A DNA stretch of 64,000 nucleotides from Octopus sinensis (taxonomy: Eukaryota). The stretch lies in the NCBI RefSeq assembly GCF_006345805.1, contig NC_043025.1:14570001-14634000 (forward strand), read 5' to 3'. Position numbers and translations under genes: made by a program. The notes under the pieces were generated by a model. It was not told the DNA's origin. It searched no databases and saw only the letters and a program-made list of their open reading frames with translations. Positions 63,337 through 64,000 of the stretch are shown piece by piece (the first letter of the stretch is position 1; every line of letters begins with the position of its first letter).

Positions 63337-63599
63337 ACCAACGAAGGAGAACGGCAGCGACAGTCACATGGATACGCTCCACTCGGCAAAGCGCCACCCA
63401 AGCATGAGCCCCCTGGGCAACAACCGTATCAGTCCAAACGGCATGGTGAACCTGAACTCTGGTGGACCTATCCGCCTCGGAGACATCAGTCTGTCGAGGG
63501 AACTGCGAGAGCGTGAACGGTTGGAACAGGAAAGGATAGAAAGGGAACGAGCCGAGCGTGACAGGGAGCGAGATAGGGATCGACACTATCCAAGTTACA
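63337..63599 (+). CDS. CBFA2T1: MTG/ETO/nervy exon between NHR1 and NHR2
   Basis: ttccag| (R)PTKENGSDSHMDTLHSAKRHPSMSPLGNNRISPNG...RELRERERLEQERIERERAERDRERDRDRHYPSY |gtgagt; phase 2 to phase 1. TKENG, KR and SPNG match the ETO family. The gene continues beyond the window. Confidence 0.9.
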
Positions 63600-64000
63600 G
63601 TGAGTTATTTCCCCTTGACAATATTTGCGATGTTTCAGTTTGTGTACTTTTACTTGTTTCAGTCACTTGACTGCAGGCATGCTGGAGCACTGCTTTGAAG
63701 ATTTTTTTTTTAATTGAACATAGGCACAGGAGTGGCTGTGTAGCTTGCTTCCCAACCACATGGTTCCGGGTTCAGTCCCACTGTGTGACACCTTAGGCCT
63801 CCAGGTAGATTTAGTTCACAGCAACTGAAAGAAGCCTATTGTGTGTATTATGCCTGTCCAACAGTGAATTAATCATCCATACTCTCAACAATGCGCCCTT
63901 AAATATGGTTTCTGATTACTAATATCTTGGGTCATACATATCATCATCTGGAAAAGATTTTCTAACTAGAAAGGGTATGGCCTGGTCAGCCTGTAATGAC

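Overview
Eukaryotic, AT-rich, microsatellite- and SINE-dense genomic DNA. The repeat content suggests an octopod cephalopod (Octopus-like), which is an inference. The window holds the 5' part of one + strand gene of the MTG/ETO/CBFA2T (Drosophila nervy) corepressor family. Four well-supported coding exons (55355-55572, 60303-60392, 62528-62709, 63337-63599) encode the TAFH/NHR1 domain and NLS region. A phase-compatible candidate first coding exon lies at 11789-11825, implying a ~43.5 kb first intron or undetected exons. The rest is intronic or upstream DNA containing several tRNA-derived SINE families, mariner remnants, MITEs, a non-autonomous Helitron, an RTE fragment, a 5'-truncated Tx1-like LINE with a 15-bp TSD, and a dispersed 126-bp minisatellite. 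Two hidden layers stand out. (1) About a dozen minimal type I hammerhead-ribozyme motifs of the Penelope-like-element kind, from at least five sequence families; the best-preserved copies are antisense to the host gene. (2) Repeated clusters of proneural-type E-boxes, one with three tandem POU/octamer-like 12-mers, which look like neural enhancers. Nearly all ORFs in the supplied track are microsatellite artefacts.
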